A stretch of 64,000 nt of DNA from NCBI GenBank assembly GCA_008632985.1, contig QPGO01000066.1:62001-126000 (forward strand). The letters run 5' to 3'. The position numbers and the translations under genes are program-made. Below the pieces are notes generated by a model. That model did not search any database. It was not told the DNA's origin and was given only the letters and a program-made list of their open reading frames with translations. The stretch comes from Psammoneis japonica (taxonomy: Eukaryota). Numbering within the stretch: the stretch's first letter is position 1; each line of letters starts with the position of its first letter. This document shows positions 37,501-48,330 of this stretch, one piece after another.

Positions 37501-38697
37501 TTAAAAACCATCTAGCGGCTTCTTGCTCTTTTGAGGATTCTGAGGGACGTCAGCATTGGGGTGTGGGACGAAGTTGCCGCTGGCGAGCATGTTGCGAGCG
37601 AAGTTGCGCATGACTGGTTCTGCTTGCAAATGCAGGTGTCGCAACATTTCGTCAGATTGCCAGCGACCTAAGAGCCGAATGAGATTGGTGTCAACGCGGG
37701 CACAAAGGAGGGCCATTGCCCCAGCGGCACGAAGACACCGAGCGGCAATGTCTCGGGTGGTGAAGCCAAGATTAGCCGGACCGAGAGCAGTGACAGCATT
37801 GCGAAGCATGCTGGTGATGTCGGCCGGGGACACACGACGCCAGGTGTTGTTTTGAAAGCAAACACCAAGGGGTGTGTCAGGCAGTGCACCATGGGTGCAC
37901 AAGTGTTGGACACAGCGGATGAGGGCTTGAACCGGGCACAGGTGAGGGTGACCGGAAAGACCGAGCCCCAGAACTTTGCCTCGCACTCCATTCTTCCTGG
38001 TGGCAAATGTGAGAGTGGCGAAGGTTGCTGTGTCAAGGTGTGCAAGTGGAACTTGCATGGAAACAAGATGAGCACCACCGGATGCAAGCCGGACATTGGC
38101 GAGACGAAAGGGGGTGGCATCGGATGGTGTTGCGGTGCATTCGCCAGGCTGCAACAAAAAGAAAAAGGTGACGACAATCATGTCAGCAACAGCTTGTGTG
38201 CCCGGGTCATTGCTGAGGGCTGCGGCGGTCATAATCCATTGCAGCACTGCAATTGGAACAGGTTTTGCACAGTCTGGGGGTGGATCCTGCTTCTTGTAAA
38301 AACGGACTTGCCGGGTGAGACGGAAATCCATTGTGCCTTGGGATGTGTGGCGCGGATCCGGGGACCCCATTGCAGTGAACGTTTGGCCAACCGAACGTGC
38401 GGCATCTTCAGCGGTTCTTCCACGGACGGGATTGCCCATCGGCGCGAGGACTCCTGTGCGGCAGCGGTGCAAGAAGACTCGGAGGAAGACAACGGGGTCA
38501 TCAACGTCTTCGAGGAGTGGGTCGATGGCCAAAGAGGAGCAGAACTCTTGCCATTTGTCCCAATGGGCATTGGCGGCGGAGGCTCGGGAAGAGGCAACGC
38601 CATGCTGGACGGCGTGTTGAGCAGCATTGAGATCACACATGAACTCAGCTCTGGTGGAGGCATCCAGAGACGCCAGGAGAGTGTCCGCGGATGGCAA
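37501..38697 (-). pseudogene. Tyrosine recombinase of the retrotransposon (catalytic Tyr now His)
   Basis: FFFLLQPGECT (cf. LRPGEYT), RKNGVRG, LCPV, ARCLRAAGAMAL and GRWQSDEMLRHLH (cf. GRW.SD.MLRYLH). The His codon CAC is at 37636-37638. Confidence 0.88.
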
Positions 38698-40500
38698 AAA
38701 TTAAAATGGCGCAGGAATTCACGGTTGGACAAAGACTGCAGGCGGGAGGCATCGTCAGCGGCAGTGTTGAGGCACCCAGGTAAATGGTCATGCAACCCCA
38801 AGCAGCGATGGCAGCGTTGATGGCAGGATTGGTGTCGAAGCAACCGGGAGGCGGGTTTGATGGTGGTGGTGGCACCTTTACGTTGCCAATGCATGGTGCC
38901 TGAATTGTCGGTGCGTGAAAGGTTGGTGCGTTCACGGTGTCAAAGCAGTCGGCGGCGCCGCAGGACTGGATGACACTGCTGGCAAGTTCCAGGTCTGTGT
39001 TGGTGATGGGACCTCTTGGGTTGGAGAAAGTGGAGAGTTGACTGCTGACACTTTTGGGGAAAGGCAGTCGCCACACTACAGGACCCGCATCTCTCTGTTG
39101 ACAGCATCGGCAATTGCCGAAACGGAGAGTGGCTGCTCAAGGTGCTGTGGTGCTGGCAGGTGGAAGGACGCCGCCTGCACCGTGACCTGCAGCATCATGA
39201 CAACTGGTGAGTGTTGGTCTCAGTGGAACCAATTCTTGAATGAGAACGGGTCGGGTGTCTGGGGCAGATTCTAGATCCCGAAAGTCATCCAGTGCGCAGT
39301 GCGCAGTGGCAGAGATCCGGAGGCGTGAGTCCGGCATGGTGTGTCGGAGATTTTCTTGGAGCACTGAGAAGAGACCCCGGGAGCCAGGGATGGCAATGCT
39401 CAAAGAGCGCAGCTCTCCCAGCAGCTTTTGACAATCAGAGACTGTGGCACGTTTACATGTGCGGAGAAAATCCTTGTGCAGCGTTGCACGAAGTCGGGCA
39501 CGCCGACGGGGCGTGAGCCGGATGGTCATAGCGCAAGTGTCTGTGAGCCATCCCAGGACTTCTTTCTGCGTGGACCATGTGGCATCACCCTGGCGGAGCT
39601 TCTTGACGGAGACGGGCTCCTTGCGGGTGGCTGGGTCGTGTGCATCGAGTGGGCGAAAGACGTCATCGAGAGCGTGCAGTGTCACACGGTGGACATTGCT
39701 CCGGGCTCGTTTGGATCCTTGCGCAGCACCAAGGAAGTCATCCACACAGATGTCAATGCATTGCAAGCGGCGGCGCCGATGCGGTCGAAGGTGTGGGTCG
39801 GGCGTGTCAGGAATGGGCACGGCCTGTGAAGCTGCGGCAACTTGTGGTGGTTGGTGCTTCGGCGGGCGGCCATCTAAGAGCGCTTCCAGCGGATGTGGCG
39901 GCGCTTGGACGTTGCGCACCAAATCCAAATTGGCGACATCGGCGACAGTTTCCGTTGACGTGCAGAACAATGGCGGGGAGTTGGCCCAGCCCATGGGCAA
40001 GCGTGTTGGAATTGCAACCAATGGCGGCTCTCCCGGTTGGCTTGGGAATGCTGCACCAAGTGCAGGAGCCTGTTCTGGTGCGACTTGCATGCAGCAACAA
40101 CCATCAGCCAGGTCTATCTTCATGAGGTAGACGGTGCCTTTTTTAGGATCGGCAAGGAGGATGCAGCGTAGAAGGCGGTCAAAGGCAAGTCCGAATTGCA
40201 TTGCTTCCATTGCAGTGTTGGGTTGCGTGGAAGTGTTCAGCCCATGGCAGGTGCAGTCCACGATGGGACGGGGACGTCGACCATGTTGAGGCACAACGCC
40301 AATTGGACTTGGGCAAAGACCGGGGGCATGGCGCACTTCCTCGTAGGGGACGACAACCCAAAAACCTTTTTCGACCACATCAGCCATGTCCTGGTGCAAA
40401 AACTCGATGTGTTCGTAGGCGGATTTGTGTGGACCCCTGGAGACACTAGCGTCTAGCTCAGCATGCGTCCATGGTGCATCGGCGGCAGTGATGGGGGCAC
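38645..40500 (-). pseudogene. Reverse transcriptase/RNase H of the retrotransposon, degenerate
   Basis: SPIGVVPQHGRRPRPIVDC, AMQFG, KIDLADGCC, LPMGWANSPPLFC, DICVDDF (cf. YVDD), KEVLGW, LLGELRS, DAAGHGAGG and ITNTDLELA. Confidence 0.88.
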
Positions 40501-40789
40501 CTCGGCACTTGCAAGTGCTCAGAAGTCGATGAGCTGGGTGTTGCTTGACTCAATGGAGTGGACCCCAATCGCCTCTGCCACTGCGGTGATGCAACAAGTG
40601 ACTGAGGCCTTTACGACGCAGCAACCCAGCATCAATTCGCATGTGCTCACCTGGTTTATCATCAAAGATTGCGGCAGCAACATCCTGTCCACGGGTGGTG
40701 GGGTGGGTGTGCTGCCTCTTGAAACTCTCCACAGTCGGGGGTTGTGGATGCAACAGCGCATCGGCCATCGCGGGTGAAGGCTCTCGGCT

Positions 40790-43023
40790 CCAAGTCCCCG
40801 AACTTGGGCCGTTGTCGAAGACCTGTTCGGTCTTCCAGTTCTCCTCACCCCAGGTGAGAAGGGTGGCCTGTTCGTCTTCTGTGTGGTCATTGCGATGATC
40901 ACAGGACGAGCCACAGTTGGTGTTGCATTGCCCTTTGTAATGGCAAGGGAAGCAACGAGGGCGACCTTGGGCATCTTTGGGGAGGTCGATGTTGTCCCTT
41001 GCGCATCGGTTTTTGACATCGCGTGACCTGACATTGGGACGGTCCCGGAGCGTGGAAAAGCGGTTGTCGCAGGAAGGATTTCGGACTGCGCTGTTGCTTC
41101 CTGCAGCTTGGCTGGTGGGGGCCATGTTGTTGGCAGGCTGGCATTGAGATGCTGGGGCCGGTGTGCCAGCAGGCAAGTGCAGATGCCAGCAAACGATTCC
41201 TTCAGCTGCTTCAAACACAACGTTGAAGGGTGTGAATGGCAATGGGTGGAGTGAGGCTTCTTGAGCCTTGAACCAATGGTGAGCTTCAATCTGCACATGG
41301 CGTTGAAAGTCCACGGGAAGGGTTGGGCACCAAGTGGCCTGTGCTGCCAATTCATTGGTGTGTCGGTCCATGTCTTGACATTGACGGGTGAGCCACTGGA
41401 CGACTGGATGGTTGGCCCCAAGCAAAGCAGAAAGCACCAGATGGCATCCATCGCACGACTTCTGGGCGGCTTGCATTGTCGTTGCCATGAGCGCCTTGTC
41501 TGGAGCTTCCAGGATTTGAGTGTCCTGGAGGGACGGGGCCGCAGTGCCGCCATGAATGTGCACATGCATGGCCCTGCGGCAGGCAATCTGTTCGGCACTG
41601 TCTGGTGCAGTGATCCCAAATTGGAAGGGGGTGATGCCTTGGGTGGGCTCGTCTTGATTGTGACCAGCAAATTCGAGCTGCACGAGCTTGGCAACGAGAC
41701 TGACAGTGACAGGTGCGTTGAAATGGACGGCCATTGCCTGGCGTTGCTCGTCAATTGCATTTTGGACAACTGCCAGGCGGCCTGTCTTTGGCGCCGCGGC
41801 AAGTGCAGCCCACACAGGTGGCAATGCCATCTCGTTGAGGACGTGGCACCAATTCATGAGCTTGTTGACACCGAAAGGTCCTCAAAATTTGTTGGGCACC
41901 TTGCCCCGGGCAGCCGCTTGCTGACGTGCTGTAGCATCAAGTCGAAGTTGGCGTTGCTCAGTGGTGAGCCCTTCAATGGCTTGCATGACTGGCTGGAAGT
42001 GCTGCGCAGTGGGTGGCGCATGGCCCAGTCTCCCAGGGATGTCACGCAACACCTTGGCATCAAAGAATTGGATGAGGGCTTCATTGGGGGGCGTGTCATG
42101 ACAGGCCAAGGTCGTGTCACAACAGACACCATTTGGTCATTGGCAATGGCACAGCAGGCGACGCAAAGAAAATCGAGCAGTGGTCGGATGGCAGCCACTT
42201 TGTTGGCTGCCGTGGCGGTGCCGTGCACCCGCTGATGGGCTTGTTTTGGGCACAAGGGTTGTGCCAACAAGAGCGGCACAAACTCAAATGGCACATGCAC
42301 TGCATTCCTGGTTCGCACGACCTCCGAATTTTGTGCATTCTCAGCCAGATGCGGATGCAGGCCGTCCGCATTGTTGGTGACATGCTCCAACAGTGCAGCA
42401 TGAGTCGGCACCCTAGTCCCCTGCTGTGCCAGATTGAACGAGTCGTCTCCAAATTCAACCAGAGTGAACTGTCCACGGGTTGGATCACCCGCCATTGCAT
42501 GCACTTCACCGTCCCAAGGTTCGGCGGGCCCAACCACGGTCGTCGGACAAGTGGTGACGTGGTGGAGGACTTGAGTCTGTCCTTCATCTGCTGCACCAGC
42601 CTCTCGACAGTGCACGATGACTGCCATCGGCTGATCGTGACTTGACACCGCTGCAACTCGCCCATGCAGTGTTCCAGGGTTGCATCTGGAAGGTCCCTGA
42701 ACCGGGACCGTGAAATCCAACATTGAATCATTGCATGCCCCCTGATGTGGGTCGTTGGCGGCAGCAAGGTAGAAATCACGACAAGTTGAAATGACCGGCG
42801 GCGCCGCCGGCACGGCTTGGGCACCCGGTGGCGGTGGCTGTGCTAAGGCTCCTGCTGCTTGCGGTGCCAACAGAGGCACCGGAACTTGAGGCGGAGGAGG
42901 TGGCAGAGCGTTTGGGACCACCGCGGCGGCTGCTGCAGCTCCTCCTTGCGGTGGAGCCGGATCGTTGACATTTGGGGCGTTTTGGGCCCCTTGACCTGCG
43001 TTTTGCTGCTGTTGCGCGTCCAC
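40790..43023 (-). pseudogene. Gag-like ORF of the retrotransposon, frameshifted
   Basis: Pro/Ala/Gln-rich N-terminus and a terminal CFPCHYKGQCNTNCGSSCDH zinc-knuckle-like motif just upstream of RT. Confidence 0.65.
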
Positions 43024-43312
43024 AATGAACCCAACAAAGATTCTTCCTGCGAGCAATGGGAAGCTGCGGCAGAGGCTCCTGCGCCGCGTCGACAGCGTTA
43101 AAAACCATCTAGCGGCTTCTTGCTCTTTGTTGCTCTTCGGAAGAATGAGTGAAACAAGCGAGAGAAAAGAGCAAAAAACCGTCATTTGCTCGGGCAGGGG
43201 AGCTGTGTGTGTGTGCGTGGTTGTGCGCGCACGGCTTTGCCGTGCATTGAGTTTTAATGTTGTCATCCACACGAATGTGCGTGTTCCACAAGTAAAAATT
43301 CCCATTCCACAG

Positions 43313-45296
43313 CTCCCCTAAAACTCTAACCACCAAAAACCGAGGGGTTGGAAGTGCACTTTCGGGAGCTCTTTTTCTCCGCACAAAAAACACGCGTTTC
43401 GTCGACTCGACCATGATGATGCCTCGTGGTTCTTCCCCATCACCTTCCCAGGACGCCGATCCTCTACTGACACCGTTGCCAATGACACTGACACAACAGG
43501 CAATGTCATCATTCCGGTTCTCGTGGGTGTGACACGTACAAAATAAGATGCTACAAACTCACACTGTTGTTTGCACGCTCCACCGCCTCCCACAGATGCT
43601 GTCACGAATTCCAACGCCGCACCTGCGTTTCGGGCCCCCAGCATGCCGACACTGTTGCTCCTGCCCTTGCTGCCGCAGGCACTGTTGACACTGTTGTTGC
43701 ATTTTGCCAATGACGTCCACAATGAAATGCCAACAACTCACACTTCTTTCATTCTCGCCCCACCGCCTCCCACAGATGCTGTCACGAATTCCAATGCCGC
43801 ACCTGCGTTTCGGCCCCCCAGCATGCCCGACACTGTTGCTCCTGCCCTTGCTGCCGCAGGTGCTGTTGATGCTGTCACATGCCCGACACTGTTGCTCCTG
43901 CCCTTGCTGCTGCAGGTGCTGTTGATGCTGTCATTGTCTTTTGCCAACAACGTCCACAACGAAATGCTTGTAACTCACACTTCTTTCATTCTCGCCCCAC
44001 TGCCTCCCACAGATGCTGTCACGAATTCCAATGCTGCACCTGCGTTTCGGCCCCCTGGCATGCCTGACACTGTCAATCCTACCCTCGCTGCTGCAGTCAC
44101 TGTTGACACTGTCATTGTTTTTGCTTTGGAAGGAACACAATGGATGACGGATGACGGCGGACCAGGAAACCCACGCAACCACGGCCTGCTGATGGACGAC
44201 ACATCAATGGACATGAATGGTGCCTCTTGGTTGGCTCTCGAGTGCAGTCTAATCTTTAGAATGTGCAGACACATCATGCAGCTCTCTGCAAATTAGAAAC
44301 CTGACAACAATTGGATGGCAGGCATGCTTTCACAGTTTTTTAGTTTCAAGTTGGAGAGGTCAGCGAATTGGCATTTGTTTGCAGGCGACTTGGCAAGGTT
44401 TCAAATGGTGCATGTGACTTGGACACTGCTCCATTTTCCAGGACTGGGTCATTGTGCACAATTCCATAAGAGGCCACTCTCGCCGCTTGAATTCTACATG
44501 TGATGCACAACGTGCTGTTTTTGCATGTTGCTAAAATGGAGGCAGGCAGCAACGTGCTTTTGGCAAATGCTCACTGTGTTTGTCGCTGTCAGACCTTCAA
44601 AACTGGTGCCTTGTCGACAGCCATGCTGCCACTTTGCATGCCGGCACCTTCTCTGCCCGCATTCCATTGGCTACGTCCTCCTTCACATGTTGCTGCGGTT
44701 CACATTGACACTTTTTGTTGGCTCCGATTGGTTCTGCTGGGCTCTGGGTGAGTCTCAATCACCTCCAGATGGACAAGGTTCTGCTTGGGAATGATCATCC
44801 TGAGAAAGGTTGTCACCACACCTCCTGTCACAGATGCTCCTCTGCCACGCCCACTGAACCTTGACATCGGTTTGTTGCTTTTGTTTTTTAACCTGGTTTC
44901 GGAGCTGCACCCCAGACCGTTTGAGAGAAGGCTCATCAGTGCCTTCCACAACACGGCGGTGCGAACGAGAATCCAGTTTCTCCGGGGACGCAATGACAGG
45001 AGCAGACCAATCACGGCGCTGTGTTTGTGTTTCAGGCACAGGATCTGGCGAACAGAAGCCCAAATCCTCCGGATGGCAAATCGGCTGTGTTTGGGTAATG
45101 ACAGCGGGTGCAACGGCACCGGCCAACACAGGAGGGACTGCCGCATCAGATGTGGCAGGCGGGGATGCGTCAGGTGGTGTGGGGGACGAAGAACGGGAGG
45201 TCATCATGGTCGAGTCGACGAAACGTGCAGAGAAAAAGAGCTCTCAAAAGTGCGCTTCCGACCCCTCGGTTTTTGGTGGTTAGAGTTTTAGGGGAG
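43313..45296. mobile_element. ~2-kb element with ~100-bp terminal inverted repeats; superfamily unassigned
   Basis: CTCCCCTAAAACTCTAACCACCAAAAACCGAGGGGT...TTTCGTCGACTCGACCATGATGA at 43313-43419 is mirrored at 45201-45296. No clear TSD was found. Confidence 0.8.
43575..44115. repeat. Three imperfect tandem copies inside the TIR element
   Basis: GCCTCCCACAGATGCTGTCACGAATTCCAA at ~43585, ~43765 and ~44002. Confidence 0.85.
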
Positions 45297-45793
45297 AACA
45301 TGGTTCAGGATTTTTCCTGCTGCTGTCAGCATTTGTGTACAAATGCATAAATAAATGTGAGGACATTTATATAAAAATGTAATGAATAAGATATAAACTG
45401 CCACGTAACCATGACATCACCACATTCTCCCCTGCCACAGGGGTGCGTCGTACTACACAAGGTGGGTACATGTTATGTATTATACTGTGGCCAGACGACC
45501 TTGCTAATGTAACTCATACTGTAGGCCCTAAATATGTACTAAAACGGAGATGACCGCACTCCAAAGGGCTATTGATTTTATCTATTGCCCGATAAGTTTT
45601 CAAAATTTCGTAGAAGCTACGTGTTTTAAATCAGTACAGTCTGTGTGTCGTTCCGCGTCCAACGCATGGCGAGTTCGGAGTCTAGCTCTAGTCGTCGTAT
45701 CACGCATTCACCATGTTCGTTGAACAACACCGAATACAGACCTTGCAATACTCTTCCTCTAGTAAAGGCTCATTTTTATGATTGATTAGCAAC

Positions 45794-47882
45794 ATGGTAT
45801 TACCAGTCAGACAGTCCCCATTGTCGTCTCAGAAGAATGATCTTTATGCAGAAAAGAGAAAAAAGGTGTGGTGGTGCAAGAGCAATCTCGCCGTTTTGGG
45901 TTTGTGCATGATTTCCTTTGTTGCGGGGTCCTTGTGGACAGCGTTGGGGAGCATGTCGGCTCTTCAAATTGAAGCGCTGGTGCAACAGAGATTAATCGAA
46001 GAACGTCAAAAATTGTTTGGTACACACACAAAAGAAAAGACTGCTGCATCGACAGATGATGCTGTGGTAAGAGTTCGCAAAGCACTAGCAACTCAGAATG
46101 TTGAAGAATCGAGACGCGACCCACCGCATCAGCCATGTGAATCGAATGGTCCAAGATTTCCAAATTCCATGAGGAGATTTGCCAGAGGCATGGCACGGGT
46201 CAACCGAGCAAACTTTACACAAACACTCGATTTGGGTGTCCCGATTGATCACCCACTCCATCAGGAGGGCATAAATGACGTTTTGTTTCTCTACAAGAGT
46301 GACGATGCTGTTCCGAAGAATCGTTTTTTTCGTTCTCACGTCACATCCAATGGTGAAATTCCAATCTTGAATGCCGAAACCGCCTTGGAGAATTGTCATA
46401 CGCTTCACGTAATTTTGACGCAACACGATTCTCCAGATAAACAATGCATGGCGATTGTTCCGCAGTACCCGTCCATGCACATTCAACGGTACATGCGGGT
46501 ACCACCCGCCATTACGTTTGCAGAGAGGGAAAGGACAAGGGTAGATTCCAACCTACCATTGCGTTTGGTCGGACGAGGCCTTCGACAAGATGGTTACAAC
46601 GAACACAGACCTTCCACCAAGGAAACTACTCAGCAACACTGGAGGAATTTGAAAAACTACTTTATGTCCGTGGACCGAGTCATGATGGAATTAAAGGTTC
46701 TAGCCAACCGAGTGGCACGTAACAACACCATTGTCGTCATGGTGTGCAATCACGGACAATCCGAGATTTTGATGAATTTTGTCTGCTCGGCCAAAGCACG
46801 CAACCTTGACATTGGCCACGTTTTATTGTTTGCAACCGATTTGGAAACCAAACAACTTGCCGAATCCATGGGTATGACTGTCTTTTACGATGAAACTGTA
46901 AGTCGTTGAACTGTGCGACTGATTCGTATGATTTGTGCTTGGGGTCAAGGCTCAATCATATATACGCTTGTGTGCTTTTTTACGCATAAAGCTGTTTTCG
47001 GATGTTCCGACCAAAGCAGCTGTTGGTTATGGCGACAGGATCTTTGCCGCCATGATGATGTCCAAGGTGTATTGCGTCCAACTCATTAGTATGCTGGGAT
47101 ACGATTTGTTATTTCAAGATGTTGACTTGATTTGGTATCGCGACCCAATTTCCTTTTTCCAAGAAGAGCAAAATGAAGAATTTGATGTATACTTTCAAGA
47201 CGACGGCGCTCGAAATCTGCGGTATCAACCCTATTCGGCCAATTCTGGATTTTACTTTGTCAAGAGCAATCCCAGAAGCATTCATTTTTTCAACTCCTTC
47301 CTCCTTCAGGGCGACATGATTTTGACCAGTCGTAGTCATCAAGAAACCATGATTCAAATCATGTCGGAGCACCAATCTCTTTTTGGATTGCGCGTCAAGG
47401 TGCTTGGAAAGGAGCGACACGAGTTTCCTGGTGGCTTTCATTATCATATGGATAAGGCGTTCATGAAGAAAATGATAAAGGGAGAGACGAATCAATACGG
47501 TAAGTGGCGCCCGTATAGTCTTGTGTTATTGGTTTTGCCTTGCGCCACCGTGGTATACAATGCTCACAACCAATCCGCACCATTTTCGCTTGTAGTTTTC
47601 CACATGTCATGGACAGAAAATAAGGACAACAAGCTCTTGTTTTTGAAACAAATGAATGAATGGTATGTCAAGGATCAATGCGTAGGAGCGAATAACAGCG
47701 ACATGATTACGAACAATGCCGACGACTTGCAAAACGAATGCTGCTCGCCGAAACCACTCTTTTCGTGTCATTACAGCGACAAGCCCAGCAAATACCCATG
47801 CAATGACAAACCGCCCATTGACAAGGGAGCAAAGCCATTTTGGGGTCAAAATGAGCTTGTCCAACGAAAAATGGCGAATTAA
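45794..47882 (+). CDS. Nucleotide-diphospho-sugar transferase (GT77-like), type II membrane; join(45794..46897,46992..47499,47596..47882)
   Basis: N-terminal TM helix, then IVVMVCN.GQSE.LMNFVCS, LGYDLLFQDVDLIWYRDP, FQDDG, ANSGFYF and VFHMSWT. Two GT-AG introns. Confidence 0.88.
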
Positions 47883-48330
47883 CGGGTTTGTGAAGTCCGG
47901 AGGAAGCACAAACTCTCAATCAAGAAGGCTAGTAGTAACGGGGTTTCATACTATCGATTGCGTAGGAAACTGGTACTGCGAGGGAGAACTCTGTTCGACT
48001 CTTTTTGTTCGAAAATAGCAAGTCGGTCGTGCGTTTCTGTTTGTCACGGGGCTATCAAAATCAGTGGTATAGATTGTGCAAAGCATGGAAGGAATGGTTT
48101 TCAACTTTTTAGAACAATAGACATGAGCATCAATACATGGGAACGACTGCACGGAATGGGCGCGGGAGGGTAATACATAGGGTTATAGGTAGCTTTTACG
48201 ACACCGATGTGTACGATGGGGTGAATGGGACTCTTTCTAGAGTGGTCAAGAGTGATGCTCTTGATGTCCTTTTGATTACGTAGCTTTGCATTCTGACTAC
48301 AAATGATTTATTGCAATCACAATGGGCGAC

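Larger units (their letters stand above)
37010..43192 (-). mobile_element. Ngaro/DIRS-group tyrosine-recombinase retrotransposon with split direct repeats (A1...B1-A2-B2)
   Basis: A repeats at 43094-43192 and 37142-37240 (99 bp); B repeats at 37365-37531 and 37010-37176 (167 bp). They enclose gag-like, RT/RNaseH and YR frames. Confidence 0.92.

Noticed and set aside
37150..37515. Reciprocal TG versus CA differences between repeat copies (ACTGTC vs ACCATC; also in the Harbinger TIRs and the 37-bp repeat) as proof of TpA mutation
   Set aside because: Ambiguous, because an ancestral CpG gives the same TG/CA pair. Only conserved-Tyr and splice-site evidence fixes the direction.
37010..37531. LTR pair or phage integrase/prophage
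   Set aside because: The repeats are split A/B direct repeats without TG...CA LTR ends, and the recombinase is linked to RT/RNaseH, so this is a YR retrotransposon.
37501..40500. Alternative genetic code or RNA editing to explain Tyr>Cys/His
   Set aside because: Neighbouring genes use TAY for Tyr normally, the depletion also covers non-coding DNA, and the affected ORFs carry frameshifts and stops.
14150..45330. Hundreds of overlapping Cys/His/Trp/Gln-rich ORFs in all six frames
   Set aside because: By-product of TpA loss: TAA/TAG stops and Tyr codons are removed, inflating spurious ORFs. They are not novel cysteine-rich proteins.
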